DNA from: a virus
DNA length: 64,000 bases
Strand: one strand, 5' to 3'
Virus record (IMG/VR): IMGVR_UViG_3300032132_000004
Coordinates: 9,034 to 73,033 of that record
A program made the position numbers and the translations under genes. Below, one piece after another: positions 45,606 through 56,116 of this stretch. Position 1 is the stretch's first letter; each line of letters begins with the position of its first letter. Under the pieces are notes generated by a model, which did no database searches, was not told the DNA's origin, and saw nothing but the letters and a program-made list of their open reading frames with translations.

Positions 45606-46066
45606 GATATATTTACCTCAACGTCGAATACTTGTAAATCATCCGTATCTAGTTTTAAAGATAAGACTACGCTAAGAGTGTTGCCCCCTGATGAACCCTC
45701 TTCTCCAGACGGGAATACCGCTATCTTAGCAATCTTAGCCCCTACAATATAGTTAGAGAAGGAGTATTGAATCTCTCTTTTAATAGACTCAAACAATTGC
45801 TCATCTAAGGGCTGGAAGAGGTACTTTCTAAGGTTGCATCCGAAGTTAGGGAGCATCAGTCTCTCACCTTTTTCTGTTAGGAGTAATTGCTTAACAGAGT
45901 TTTTAATCATCCTAATGCCAGACTGCTTGGCAAAGAAGCCCCCTCCCTTAGACGATCCTAGTGGGAAAGACAACCCAAATACTTCTTTTCTTTGAGCTTC
46001 GGGCAGTTGCTGCATATACCTAGGAGCTATCTGTCCATGAATAGTTACTGTTTGATTTGCTGCCAT
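45602..46066 (-). CDS. gp25: Baseplate sheath initiator (T4 gp25-like)
   Basis: IKNSVKQLLLTEKGERLMLPNFGCNL..YLFQP. Confidence 0.93.
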   Translation of the reverse strand: MAANQTVTIHGQIAPRYMQQLPEAQRKEVFGLSFPLGSSKGGGFFAKQSGIRMIKNSVKQLLLTEKGERLMLPNFGCNLRKYLFQPLDEQLFESIKREIQYSFSNYIVGAKIAKIAVFPSGEEGSSGGNTLSVVLSLKLDTDDLQVFDVEVNIS

Positions 46067-48774
46067 TAGATTGAGATATTCTTAAAGAAGCCTTGTTGGG
46101 CGTTATAGTTTTTTAGAACTTCTCCATTATCTAGGGCTCTTGAGTAAAATTTCAAGCTTCCCAAGTGTCCACGAAGACCACTTGTAATACCCCCTCTATC
46201 CCCTCCTAGGAAGTTACCATAACTATACATACCATCTGTATATCCGCCCCCTACGATCCAAGGAGTGTAGAATGTGTTAAGGAGGGGACCTTGTTTTAGG
46301 ACAGTGGGACCATCAACCGTGGTAGAGGAGTATTGGAAGCTATTATTCTTCTTGAAAGAAGGAAGCATTGGAGGTACTTGTGGGTCCACTCCGAAAACAT
46401 CAGAGATGGAGGAGGTTGCTACTAAGGAGCCGTCCGCAAACATCTTAATAGTGTCTGTTTTTGGATCACACGATATGTCGATCAAAACGAACTGTGAAGA
46501 CACGTTACCGAAACCTGTAGCTGATAGATCCACTTTCATCTTGTGGAACGTCTCATAATCTTGACAATCATCATTATTGATCCAAGAAGCAGAGGACAGA
46601 TCTCTAGATTGTGTAGGTGCTATAAAGAAACTAAGAGAAGATGCTGGATCGTTGTCGTAATTGTTGTTACTAAAGCTACTGGATACTTGTGTTATTCTTC
46701 TATCTCGACTAAACCCGCAAACCATACCTCTCACAAACTGCTCGCCTCTTTGATTCTCTAGGAAGTCTAAGTCTCTGATAGCCCCTGTGTGATCCAAGGC
46801 TAATAGACCAGAGGTGGCTCCTACATTCTCGCTTCCTAAGATTACCTTCGTTAGAGAGGACGCTGTAGCACTCAACCAGCCCACACCAGCGTCCATGATG
46901 TTAGGGACATAGGCCCAGCACTCTAAAGTAAAGCCTGTGGAGGAGTAAGTAAGATCCCTAAACTCCTTAGTGTCAGGAAGCTTCATAAAGGAACCTAAAG
47001 CCGAAGCTGCTACGGATGGGGCTATGCCTGTATTCTTTACAATACCTTCTAAGTAAGGAATACCTAGGCCTGAAACAAATACTGATCTTTTGGAAGCTGC
47101 TACAAGCTGAGCATTGTTGTATCTATCTTCTGTGGCACAGTTTGTTACTTGGAAATTGGTAGAAGAGGGTAGCTCTACATTACTCTCTAACATATTGTAA
47201 ATAGCGAACAGGCCTTTGTTTACAATCTCATCATTTAAAGACAATACTGTTCCAGCCTGTGTCGAGGAGGGAGAGTAGATTATACCTCCCTTTCCTACAG
47301 TAGGAACTCGTAAGTGTCCGAAGGAGAAGGAAGGAGGTTTAGCAGGAGACTTTACAAATTTTGCATTCAAAGGAAGAACAATACCTACAACGTCCGCTTG
47401 GTTGAAGATTAGGGCATTCTGCTTCTCTAGGTCTACCTCTAAGTTGTAGTCCTCTAGGTAGGAGAAATCATTAATTGGAACCTTGCCTGGAGCGAATATA
47501 GGGCCTATCGAGTCTCCGTATATCTGAGGTACTTTGATAGCTACTTCAATCTGCTTCTTTCTTCTATTGATCTTATCATTATGGTTAGCGATCTCTGAGA
47601 TAATAAGATTGCGCTGGTTAGTAACAATAGAGGAGTCTTCTCCGAACTCGGCAAGGTAGGTAACAAGGTCAGAAGATAAATCGTAAGTTAGCTTATCCCT
47701 CTGCTGCTTAAGTACCGAGAGAAAGTGATCCTCATCGTAGTACTTCTGCAAACCAATGCTATCATCAATTCTTGTGGGATCAAAGATGTTGTCCGTGAAC
47801 TTGTTTAAAGACTTAATGGAGATCGCTTGGCCCTTACCTCCTAGGTTAGGATCGTAGTCGTACTTCCACTGATCTCCTATAGGAACTATTCCCGAAATAG
47901 CTAGGTACACTGGATCCAACCCCCCGCTCTGGGAATCGTAGTACAGACCGTCTGAGGTCAGGACGTACTGACCAGCAACTGATGTTGGGGGTCCATAAGT
48001 AAGCCTGAAGATCTCAGCCTCATCTGCTCCTACTTCGGGATCTTCTAAGGAGTCCCTTGTGAAGGTCGTTTGGTCTAAGAAGCCATCTAACTCAGAGCTA
48101 TCTAATAGGATTGGCTCAAGGGAAGGGTCTGCTTCTCTGGCTGCAAAGATATCGTTGATATCCTTTATAGTTTTATTACAGTTAGAGATGAACTCCGAGG
48201 CAGAGGCTAGCCTTGCTTTGTCCCCTGCATACATGGAATTGAAAAGCTCTTCGGAGGAAGCAGGATCTAGCGTTGCCTTCTGGTCTGCCGAGTTTCCTGC
48301 CTGGAAGGATTGAAGATCATTGAACTTCTGTAAGCAGTTTTGTATTGCTTCTATCTCATTGTTTATATCAGTATAGTTCTGATAGATCTGCGCTCCAAAA
48401 GAAGCTGCATATTGAAAGGCTCCTAATAGACCAGCTAGGTTATCCTTTGTTTGGCTATCGTCGCTGTCAATACCGTGCCAGGAGGTATCAGATCCAAACT
48501 TAAAGACTCCGTTCTCTGTATCAAACTCGATAATGCCCGTATTTAGCATTAGCTTCTTGAACACCTCTTTGGTAACCTCATTAGCTTTGGCTTTGCCCTC
48601 AGAAATCTTTGATTGCATGTCTGAGAGGACAGATGATGGGAGAAGGCTCATAGCTTCAGAGGCTAGATTGAGCATACAGCTAGGCATACCAAAGGACATA
48701 CCCAGTGCCTGAATTGCTCCAGTACCTGTTTGTCCTTGTACTTTTAAGAATGTTTCTAGATCAAAGCTTGCCAT
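46066..48774 (-). CDS. Structural protein with helical N-terminal half and C-terminal LamG-like domain
   Basis: GFTLECW, IKMFADG, LRGHLGSLKFYSRAL..EVLKNY is a concanavalin/LamG-like terminus. Confidence 0.7.
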   Translation of the reverse strand: MASFDLETFLKVQGQTGTGAIQALGMSFGMPSCMLNLASEAMSLLPSSVLSDMQSKISEGKAKANEVTKEVFKKLMLNTGIIEFDTENGVFKFGSDTSWHGIDSDDSQTKDNLAGLLGAFQYAASFGAQIYQNYTDINNEIEAIQNCLQKFNDLQSFQAGNSADQKATLDPASSEELFNSMYAGDKARLASASEFISNCNKTIKDINDIFAAREADPSLEPILLDSSELDGFLDQTTFTRDSLEDPEVGADEAEIFRLTYGPPTSVAGQYVLTSDGLYYDSQSGGLDPVYLAISGIVPIGDQWKYDYDPNLGGKGQAISIKSLNKFTDNIFDPTRIDDSIGLQKYYDEDHFLSVLKQQRDKLTYDLSSDLVTYLAEFGEDSSIVTNQRNLIISEIANHNDKINRRKKQIEVAIKVPQIYGDSIGPIFAPGKVPINDFSYLEDYNLEVDLEKQNALIFNQADVVGIVLPLNAKFVKSPAKPPSFSFGHLRVPTVGKGGIIYSPSSTQAGTVLSLNDEIVNKGLFAIYNMLESNVELPSSTNFQVTNCATEDRYNNAQLVAASKRSVFVSGLGIPYLEGIVKNTGIAPSVAASALGSFMKLPDTKEFRDLTYSSTGFTLECWAYVPNIMDAGVGWLSATASSLTKVILGSENVGATSGLLALDHTGAIRDLDFLENQRGEQFVRGMVCGFSRDRRITQVSSSFSNNNYDNDPASSLSFFIAPTQSRDLSSASWINNDDCQDYETFHKMKVDLSATGFGNVSSQFVLIDISCDPKTDTIKMFADGSLVATSSISDVFGVDPQVPPMLPSFKKNNSFQYSSTTVDGPTVLKQGPLLNTFYTPWIVGGGYTDGMYSYGNFLGGDRGGITSGLRGHLGSLKFYSRALDNGEVLKNYNAQQGFFKNISI

Positions 48775-48775
48775 A

Positions 48776-49873
48776 TCAGTATGTAGTGATCCCTTCGCCT
48801 CCGTATGTACTTTCTACAGAGGGTGTATCTGGTGGTGTAGGAGTAGATTGGTCCCCAGCAAGATGAATAACGCTGCCGTCTATATTAGCTACCCCTGTTG
48901 ATCTAACGTCTAGTGTGGCGCAGTCGATACTAACCTTGCTTCCTGCTTTCATGTTAATACCTTCTCCTGCGTTCAGGTTAAGGTTACCCTCAGCGTTTAG
49001 AGAAATGTCTCCCCGTGTCTTTATAATAATACCCCCGCCTGTGCCTTTTGTTTCTATTTGAATAACTTGGTCGCTACCGTCTTGGTTTAGGCATTGGATA
49101 AATATCTTACCCTTTTCTGCACATGAATATACATTAATGTCTCTCCATTTGCTCTGGATATTAACATTGCCACACTCTGCACCGTCTCCCCACTGTACTC
49201 CGTTAGCTCCATTGAGTAGTTGTAGTTCGCGTCCATCTGCACCTACTACAACGTCTGTTTGGGATCCAGAGTTAATGAACTTCTGCGGTCCTACGCTTTC
49301 TATTTGGATAGCTCTGGAGGGGAGATGATCATTCTTAGGGTCGTTCGATATAGTAATCTTACTACCGTTACCTGAATCAAGAATAAGAGAATCAACAGCA
49401 GGGCTATCGTTTAAGGTAACCTTCTTTCCTACAGTTGAGTTTAGCTCTACCTTTTTATTAATGAACTCAGGGTTGTACTCCTCAGAGATGGTCAAGCCTG
49501 CTCCGTCATTGCTCTTTAAAGCAATTTTCATAGGAACACCTCTTGCCCTGGAGATGTTAGGATCAACTCTATCTAGAGGTGGTACGCTTGCATCAGAAAG
49601 CTTGGCTCCCTCTGCCTTGTTTTCTTCAGGTGAAAGAGTGGATCCCATATAGTACCAAGCCTGAGATCCTACAGGACGGCATACAAGAATTTCTGTACCT
49701 TCTTCTGGAATAGCTATAAAAGCTCCTTCTCCGTTAGAAGCATAAGGAGTTACATAGTTCACTCTAACTTCTTCGTTATTTAGGTAATCAATCCTAGCTA
49801 AAAAAGACCCAGTACCCCAAGGATCAAAAGTATCTCTTACCTCTGCTAAAGAAATTATTTGTTCATTTTTCAT
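48776..49873 (-). CDS. gp5: Baseplate central spike (gp5/VgrG-like OB-fold plus beta-helix, no lysozyme domain)
   Basis: DPWGTG, FIAIPEEGTEILV...YYMGS (OB fold); C-terminal GDISL.A.GNLNL.AG repeats ending IDGSVIHL. Confidence 0.8.
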   Translation of the reverse strand: MKNEQIISLAEVRDTFDPWGTGSFLARIDYLNNEEVRVNYVTPYASNGEGAFIAIPEEGTEILVCRPVGSQAWYYMGSTLSPEENKAEGAKLSDASVPPLDRVDPNISRARGVPMKIALKSNDGAGLTISEEYNPEFINKKVELNSTVGKKVTLNDSPAVDSLILDSGNGSKITISNDPKNDHLPSRAIQIESVGPQKFINSGSQTDVVVGADGRELQLLNGANGVQWGDGAECGNVNIQSKWRDINVYSCAEKGKIFIQCLNQDGSDQVIQIETKGTGGGIIIKTRGDISLNAEGNLNLNAGEGINMKAGSKVSIDCATLDVRSTGVANIDGSVIHLAGDQSTPTPPDTPSVESTYGGEGITTY

Positions 49874-52535
49874 CAGAAACTCCTTTCGTTGGTATTTTAA
49901 CCAAACGGAACTCCGATTGCGAAGATCTAGACGTTATAGTATGTTTGAATCCGTATATACCGTAAAGACCACTATAGAACGTGTTCATTAAAGTTTTTTC
50001 AACCTTTCTACTTTGCGTTATGTTGGCATCTTGAGCTAGAAGAATACAGGGCTGGCCGATGTGCGTTACTATGTTTGATAAGTGAAAAGTGGGAAGCGTT
50101 TTCATGGTTACGGTATAAGTCTTTCTATACATATCCTCCATCAAATCAGCCATAATGCCGTTAGGGTTGCCTGGGAGCACTTGATCTATTTCTATGTACC
50201 CTTTATAGGTTTGATCCTTTAATTTGTCTAGAATCATAGCTATAAAATCTGCTTCTTTTTCTGCGCCAACCTCTGCTGAAAGCTCGGGGGACAATCTAGT
50301 CATCAAGTCCTGAATAAGTTTTTGTCTGTCCTTAGGAAACTCATTTAGTTTTAGGTACGCTATTGCAGCGGCTCTGGTTGTAATAGGAAGAGATCCTTTG
50401 CCCAAAGGTAAAACACCCTCCACCACTGCTGAAGATTTCCTAGTTACACCTTTACTAAATCCTATTCTCAACTGATCTAAATAAATATTGGATTTAGTTA
50501 GATTAAGAGAAAGGACATTAGGGTTCTGTATATTGAATCGGAACACTGGTATGGCTTCATTTTTGATATATTCCTTTTTCTCATCAGAAAATAGATTATC
50601 TGAGTACGCGAACTCGTCTGGTAGTTCTGTGATATCCCCAAAAGCCCCAACTAGTTGTTCTCTTCTAGGAAAAACTATATCTCGTACTGTCTTGTTGTAC
50701 CTTACATCCCCAACAATGATTTTATCCAAAGGATGAAGAGGTATTTTTTGTACGATCTTATCTAGGCTAAGCTGAGTTTCGTTTATATCAGCCTGAAGAA
50801 GGCTAGTAAACTCTGTAGGAAGATTAGTTTTCTCTAAGTCTGACTCAGCTAAAGACTTTTGCGCTCTTAGCTTATTAATACTTTTGTATGATGGAGCCAA
50901 ATCCAAGCTACCGAATAAGTAGTTATCTATCATAGCTACGTCTCCTACAATAACAGCTTCCTTGGCTTCATTGAACTTTGAGTATCCTCCAAAGGTAGAA
51001 AATTTGGACGGATTAATAGTACCGTCTCCTTTAGTCCAATAATCTAGTAATTTTGTATTGGTTTCATTTACAATAGCCAGCCTAAAGTTGTAGGCTCCCT
51101 TAGAGTTTTTACTTATAGCATTAAATACTTTACTTAGTACTTCATTATGGTCAGGAATACGCCTATCATGGGTTGAACTCTCTAGTATTCCATAAAACTT
51201 CCCTTCTTCGTAATACTTTTTTCTTCTATCTTCTGCTGAAGGGGCCTTCTCCTTAGAAGTGTACTTATTTACTTTCGCGGAGGGGATAGCGCGTGGAAGC
51301 TTAGGGGGGCGCTCATGGGGCAGGCCTGCGAAGCGTTCTAGCCGTGCTAGTTCCACCTCTTCCCGAGATGGGAGTGAATGAAAGGTTGGTTCTGGCCTTT
51401 CAATAAAATTAGCCGTGAGTGGCCTTTCAAGTGGTCTTTCGGCAAAGAAGACGGGCTTGTCAGTGGGTATTTCGGAGGATGGACTCCCTAGGCGCAAACC
51501 AAAATCCTCTAAGAGTATTTGTATTACATACTCGTATTCTCCTGCTAACTGGTACTGTGATAAAGGTGATTCTGGCCTTTCGACAAAGCCGCTGCTCCTA
51601 TTGTCAGGATATGGCCCATATTTTAATATATTACTTATCTTTTCTCTACAAACAATATTGAGATCAGGAAGAAGAACTATTACATTAGGATTGTTTGTGG
51701 CGTGCTGTACGTAGCTTCTTATAGTATCTACTACTAAAGAATGAAAATCTAAGGATCCTAGGGTTCTTAAATTAAAAGACTCTAAAGTAGAAGCACCTTC
51801 CTCTCTACTATTTTGCACAGCGTCCTTATACAAATCTAGCTCTAAGTGATTTAAAGGATCATAAATTCCATGTCCTGAAGAGAAGTTGATGAGGTTTGAT
51901 TCTCCAACATGCCTTAGGGTGAGGCCAGCAAGATTAAGGTTAACCTGTTCGTTAAAGTCTCCTCTTCTTCTTCTAAAGTTTAAGTCTGTAGCAGTGGGTG
52001 CAAAAGTAAGAGTAATCTTCCTAGGTCCTTTTACTTCTATATGTGCCCCCGTTAGTACACATCTATGAGGTCCAGACCATAAAGCTAAATTATTCCCTGT
52101 ACCGTATGCTATATAGAAAGTATTTATCCCTATATGTTTGCTAAACTCTTCTTTAAGTTCCGAAAAATACTTATCATTATAAAGAGACTGGCTGCTCGCC
52201 ATATCTTTCGTAACCTTGCTAGCAAGAGTGCCTTCCTCTGAAGAATCTGTATAAGCACTTCCTGCTATAGCGGGAAGCAATTTATCAGAAAATAACCTTC
52301 TCTCTAGATCCCCTTTGGGGTCAATGAGCACTAGTTTCATCTTCCATCCATCCCCCATATTACCAGTATGCTCGAATGATATGAAACTAGGGTTAGATTC
52401 GTTATCGAAAAGAAGTGCGTCCTCTTCCTCTGAAAGTCCCTTCATAAGGTTTTTGTACGTAGCTCCTTCAGCAAAGAGACTATTCATAACATCTTTATTA
52501 AAACCTACGATAACATTAGCTACTGGAATATTCAT
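49863..52535 (-). CDS. Putative baseplate hub protein (gp27 / P2 gpD-like)
   Basis: Between gp53-like and spike genes; NPNVLSL and C-terminal YSGLYGIYGFKHTI.....SEFRLVK. Confidence 0.7.
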   Translation of the reverse strand: MNIPVANVIVGFNKDVMNSLFAEGATYKNLMKGLSEEEDALLFDNESNPSFISFEHTGNMGDGWKMKLVLIDPKGDLERRLFSDKLLPAIAGSAYTDSSEEGTLASKVTKDMASSQSLYNDKYFSELKEEFSKHIGINTFYIAYGTGNNLALWSGPHRCVLTGAHIEVKGPRKITLTFAPTATDLNFRRRRGDFNEQVNLNLAGLTLRHVGESNLINFSSGHGIYDPLNHLELDLYKDAVQNSREEGASTLESFNLRTLGSLDFHSLVVDTIRSYVQHATNNPNVIVLLPDLNIVCREKISNILKYGPYPDNRSSGFVERPESPLSQYQLAGEYEYVIQILLEDFGLRLGSPSSEIPTDKPVFFAERPLERPLTANFIERPEPTFHSLPSREEVELARLERFAGLPHERPPKLPRAIPSAKVNKYTSKEKAPSAEDRRKKYYEEGKFYGILESSTHDRRIPDHNEVLSKVFNAISKNSKGAYNFRLAIVNETNTKLLDYWTKGDGTINPSKFSTFGGYSKFNEAKEAVIVGDVAMIDNYLFGSLDLAPSYKSINKLRAQKSLAESDLEKTNLPTEFTSLLQADINETQLSLDKIVQKIPLHPLDKIIVGDVRYNKTVRDIVFPRREQLVGAFGDITELPDEFAYSDNLFSDEKKEYIKNEAIPVFRFNIQNPNVLSLNLTKSNIYLDQLRIGFSKGVTRKSSAVVEGVLPLGKGSLPITTRAAAIAYLKLNEFPKDRQKLIQDLMTRLSPELSAEVGAEKEADFIAMILDKLKDQTYKGYIEIDQVLPGNPNGIMADLMEDMYRKTYTVTMKTLPTFHLSNIVTHIGQPCILLAQDANITQSRKVEKTLMNTFYSGLYGIYGFKHTITSRSSQSEFRLVKIPTKGVSDEK

Positions 52536-52840
52536 TACACTTTAGGGATTAATATCCTTTGATTTGGTCTGAATCCCTCAGTAGGATCAGCTATCCCGTT
52601 TACCAGCATAAGCAACCACCAGTTCTTAGGACTTCCATAAAATACATTGGAAATCAAGTCTGGTCTATGCTCGTAGCCTTGAGGGACATAACCTACCTCA
52701 TACTCATACGCAGTATCCAAGCCTTGTAAGAGTGAATCAAACTTTGGAGAGTTCAATATAGTGGTTGTAGTTACGTTACGATGCTTCACATGGTTAACAT
52801 CTAGACTATAAGGGCCTTTGTTTCCTTTTAAAAAAGCCAT
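52535..52840 (-). CDS. gp53: Baseplate wedge protein (gp53 / LysM-like)
   Basis: EHRPDLISNVFYGSPKNWWLLMLVNGIADP...ILIP. Start reassigned to ATG 52840, a TAATG overlap. Confidence 0.85.
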   Translation of the reverse strand: MAFLKGNKGPYSLDVNHVKHRNVTTTTILNSPKFDSLLQGLDTAYEYEVGYVPQGYEHRPDLISNVFYGSPKNWWLLMLVNGIADPTEGFRPNQRILIPKV

Positions 52841-53715
52841 TAGATGCCACCAGACCCTGGATCCATGCTGTGAGTTGATCCTAGTACAACGGCTTCCCAC
52901 CCAGCGAGGTTATCTCTTTTAATTGGGTTACTCTCGTCATCTGGTTTGAATTCCCCGAAATCTCCTGTTCTAATCTCTTCTAGCTTCATGTTAATCTTTA
53001 ACTGACGAGGGAGTAGAGTTTTAAGGTCATATCCCGCTTGTTCATTATACTCAATAGAATAATTAGTACAGATGCAGGGAACATCTTGATATAAAATCCC
53101 ATGCCTTAATCTTATAATAGGTGGTCCGTAAATTGGGTTCTTAGAGTAATTTGTGACGCTAGATCTAATGATGTTAGTCCAGTAGATAATAATATCAATG
53201 ATTTGGCTACTTGCCTCTTCAGCTTGCACATCCTCTTCCTCTGGAGGGGCCTCATCAATTCCTAGATTATTTCGTACCTGTTTAGCGGATTCTTCTGCTA
53301 GTCCTTTAGTATAAGCAGTTCCTAAAATCCAAGCCAGACCCTTTGCAGGAGACTCTAATTTATGTGGATTTTTGAACAGTTCTCTCTCAAGATCTAGGTT
53401 ACTTTTGTCGTTGTCGTAAGTAATATACTTGTCTAGGGTTATGTCTGGGTGATCATCTTGAATATGAGGCAATGTTATGTTAAAAGAAAGGTTTAGCTGC
53501 CTAGAATCTGCACCTAAGTAGCTGTACAGGTTGCTAGACCTAGAAATCAAGGAATATTTCTGATATCGAGCCTTTTTACTCTCCTTAATTACTATGTTTT
53601 CAAAGAAAGGCATAGTTACTACGTAATAATTTCCATTATACTCTAAGGAAGGGAAGTAAAATCGTAGCTTAGACCTTTCTGGTAAAGCTCTGTCTATAAT
53701 ATGTCTATTTGTCAT
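52840..53715 (-). CDS. Tail tube initiator (gp48/gp54-like)
   Basis: I.ESK.A.Y...SRS...Y.Y.G...RQLNLSF and PPIIRL..G..Y..VPCICTNYSI, typical of contractile-system tube initiators. Confidence 0.72.
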   Translation of the reverse strand: MTNRHIIDRALPERSKLRFYFPSLEYNGNYYVVTMPFFENIVIKESKKARYQKYSLISRSSNLYSYLGADSRQLNLSFNITLPHIQDDHPDITLDKYITYDNDKSNLDLERELFKNPHKLESPAKGLAWILGTAYTKGLAEESAKQVRNNLGIDEAPPEEEDVQAEEASSQIIDIIIYWTNIIRSSVTNYSKNPIYGPPIIRLRHGILYQDVPCICTNYSIEYNEQAGYDLKTLLPRQLKINMKLEEIRTGDFGEFKPDDESNPIKRDNLAGWEAVVLGSTHSMDPGSGGI

Positions 53716-55415
53716 TAGCCACCTGAGTCAGTAGGTATCGCACCGTCTGGTAAAACCAGTTCCGTTTCTTTTCCATTAAGTAGGGTTAATTGCTCTAACA
53801 TTTCTTCTTGAGTAGTATTTCTGCCTACTCCAAGTATCCTCTCAATACTACTACCAAGCATATCTGCCGTTGTATCTAGGAAGGCTGGGGGAGTACTTTT
53901 GTCTGGAGTCTTCCCATCAATGCTTTCTGTAGCTCTGGCTGTTCTTCCAGCGATTCCTGTTTCGTCCGTATAAGTGTCTAATAGTTCTTGTAAAATTATA
54001 GAAATCTTGTTGTTTTCTTTGGCAATTGCTAGAAATCCTTTTTTTCCCTCTTTTGCGGCCTCTAGTCTACCTTCAAAGCTATTGTTAAAGGCTTCTTCCG
54101 CCTTTCTTTTAGCATCTTCTTTATCGTTAAACCAGCCTGCAATACTTTCAACCCAATGGTAGCCAGACACCCACTTCAACAGAACTAAAGCACTACTCAA
54201 GCTCTTCGTTACATCACCAAGTATTTCGGCTGTTTTCCAAAGAAACTTCCCAATCATAACTAATCCTTCTTTGATTATAGGCCAGAAGAATTTAATCTGG
54301 GCTTGTACTCCGTAGAAAAAATCCGTAAAGAAATTAGAAATTTTAATAGCCCCCTTAACCAAGGCAATGGTAACCATTTTAATATTAGCGTCAATGGTTT
54401 TAGAAGGGAACTTGCTTTTAAACCAATCAACAAGAGCTTGGGAAAACTTATTGGCAAAGCCTGAGATAACCTCAAAGGTTTTTACGAGAGGTTCGTGCCA
54501 TCTTATAAAAGCTTCTGTGAGAGGTAAAAAGGCTTCCTTCCTTAGAGTTTCTATTGTAAGCCAAAAGGAGGCGGATTTCTCGTTTGCATCCTTCTCTCGT
54601 TTGCCCATATTAGCCATTAGAGTAACAGCAAAAAGGCCTCCCTTACCGTATATACTTTTTGTAGAGTCTAGTAAATGGAACGCATTCTTTTTGGCCCCTT
54701 TTGAGAAATCTTCAACAGAAGTGCCCGCAATTACAATGGCTTCCTCTAACATTCGCGTCTGTGTTAAAACATCTTGCCCAGATATCCTCTCTCTTATGCC
54801 TCCAAGCCCCATAGCAGCTAGATGCCCTAATGTTTTGTCGCTGGTATCTACAAGCATCTTCAGAAAACCCTCAACGGCAGCACGGTTCTTCTCTCCACCG
54901 AACTTACCAGTTAACTCTGCTACCACTCCCGTCAGATTCTCCAATCCTGCTAGCCTCATCACTGGGAACGAGTCCTTCAAGCTATTCACAGCCTGTACAA
55001 GCGTGGCTGTTGAGACTTGCCACTTATCACCTGTCTCTATGAAGGATTCAGCCAAAGTGCTCACAGCGTCATTAGAGAGCCCCAGAGAGGCTTGGAGGTG
55101 AGCCATGACCTTACTAGTATTTCTAAACTCAGTTCCTGTTAACTGTTGCTGGTTAGTTAACTTAGAAACACCCTCAAAATTACCTTGAAGACCTGCTTCT
55201 AGCCCCAACATGCCTGCTTGCAGTCTATCTGTAAAGCCACCTCGCAAGCTATCCATTGACCCTGCTAATTTATCGTGAGTCTCTCTAAAGGACATTCCCA
55301 AAGCTAGGGATGCTTTTTGGGCTTTGTCCCCCAGCATAATGGTATCCTTTAAGCCATTTATAGCAGATTCTAAGCTAAGGAACGAGGCCTTGCCTGGGGG
55401 TATTGGATTTACCAT
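53715..55415 (-). CDS. Tape measure protein
   Basis: Helical, Ala/Gly/Leu-rich with a periodic F/W region; precedes the tube initiator. At 566 aa it is similar in size to T4 gp29. Confidence 0.75.
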   Translation of the reverse strand: MVNPIPPGKASFLSLESAINGLKDTIMLGDKAQKASLALGMSFRETHDKLAGSMDSLRGGFTDRLQAGMLGLEAGLQGNFEGVSKLTNQQQLTGTEFRNTSKVMAHLQASLGLSNDAVSTLAESFIETGDKWQVSTATLVQAVNSLKDSFPVMRLAGLENLTGVVAELTGKFGGEKNRAAVEGFLKMLVDTSDKTLGHLAAMGLGGIRERISGQDVLTQTRMLEEAIVIAGTSVEDFSKGAKKNAFHLLDSTKSIYGKGGLFAVTLMANMGKREKDANEKSASFWLTIETLRKEAFLPLTEAFIRWHEPLVKTFEVISGFANKFSQALVDWFKSKFPSKTIDANIKMVTIALVKGAIKISNFFTDFFYGVQAQIKFFWPIIKEGLVMIGKFLWKTAEILGDVTKSLSSALVLLKWVSGYHWVESIAGWFNDKEDAKRKAEEAFNNSFEGRLEAAKEGKKGFLAIAKENNKISIILQELLDTYTDETGIAGRTARATESIDGKTPDKSTPPAFLDTTADMLGSSIERILGVGRNTTQEEMLEQLTLLNGKETELVLPDGAIPTDSGG

Positions 55416-55416
55416 A

Positions 55417-55776
55417 CTACTTCTTTCTTACTCTCCTAAGAGGACCATATATTTTGGACAGTATGTAGGTCCTATAATTCTCTTTTGGAAGTTCCTTATT
55501 GGTATATAGAGAACGTATTGAATCTGGTGTATAGTTACCCTGGGTAGGCATTTTGAATCCTGTTAGTAAAATGTTACCTGTCCTTGCCTCCTTAACCACT
55601 GGCTCAGTTACCAAGAAGAGCCTCATACCCCTTTTCCTTTTAAGAGAATATCGGAAAAATAATATATCTCCTGGGACAGCACAAGACATGCCTTTAGGCA
55701 CTATATGGACGTTATCCTCAGGATCTGCTTGAATACTCTTAAGAAAATTCAAGATTTGTCGTGAAAAATTAGCCAT
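55417..55776 (-). CDS. Putative DNA end-protector (T4 gp2-like)
   Basis: PGDILFFRY...LTG...YRTYILSKI resembles the gp2 PG..Y.F.Y and terminal ..Y....I segments. Confidence 0.5.
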   Translation of the reverse strand: MANFSRQILNFLKSIQADPEDNVHIVPKGMSCAVPGDILFFRYSLKRKRGMRLFLVTEPVVKEARTGNILLTGFKMPTQGNYTPDSIRSLYTNKELPKENYRTYILSKIYGPLRRVRKK

Positions 55777-55825
55777 GTTTCCCTCTTATAATATATAACT
55801 AGTTAAAAAGTAAAGAATAGACATT

Positions 55826-56116
55826 ATGCATACTAACCTTGACATTGAGATTATTGATTTCCTTGATTTAATAGATGTAACACTTAGCTATTCTTTTATT
55901 GAAAAGTGGAGACATAAGTTTAGTGAAAAGTTTGTTAAGCACTTTCAAATGAAGATTCTTGATGCAATGAATAAAGGTAAGCCTATCAAGCTTGAGATGC
56001 TCAATAATTATCTAGTTAAGAAGTGTAAGTACTCTCAGGAACAAGTATCTAGCTTCTTTACCTCTATTGATATAGAAGTATATAGACCCTTCATCTACGG
56101 AAAGCTTCGTAGTTAG
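55826..56116 (+). CDS. Hypothetical protein (96 aa)
   Basis: Fills the gap between minus-strand genes; TATAAT upstream at 55787-55792. Confidence 0.7.
   Translation: MHTNLDIEIIDFLDLIDVTLSYSFIEKWRHKFSEKFVKHFQMKILDAMNKGKPIKLEMLNNYLVKKCKYSQEQVSSFFTSIDIEVYRPFIYGKLRS

Noticed and set aside
9920-55415. Bacterial extracellular contractile injection system or T6SS locus
   Set aside because: Capsid, scaffold, protease, neck and replication genes show this is a genuine phage.
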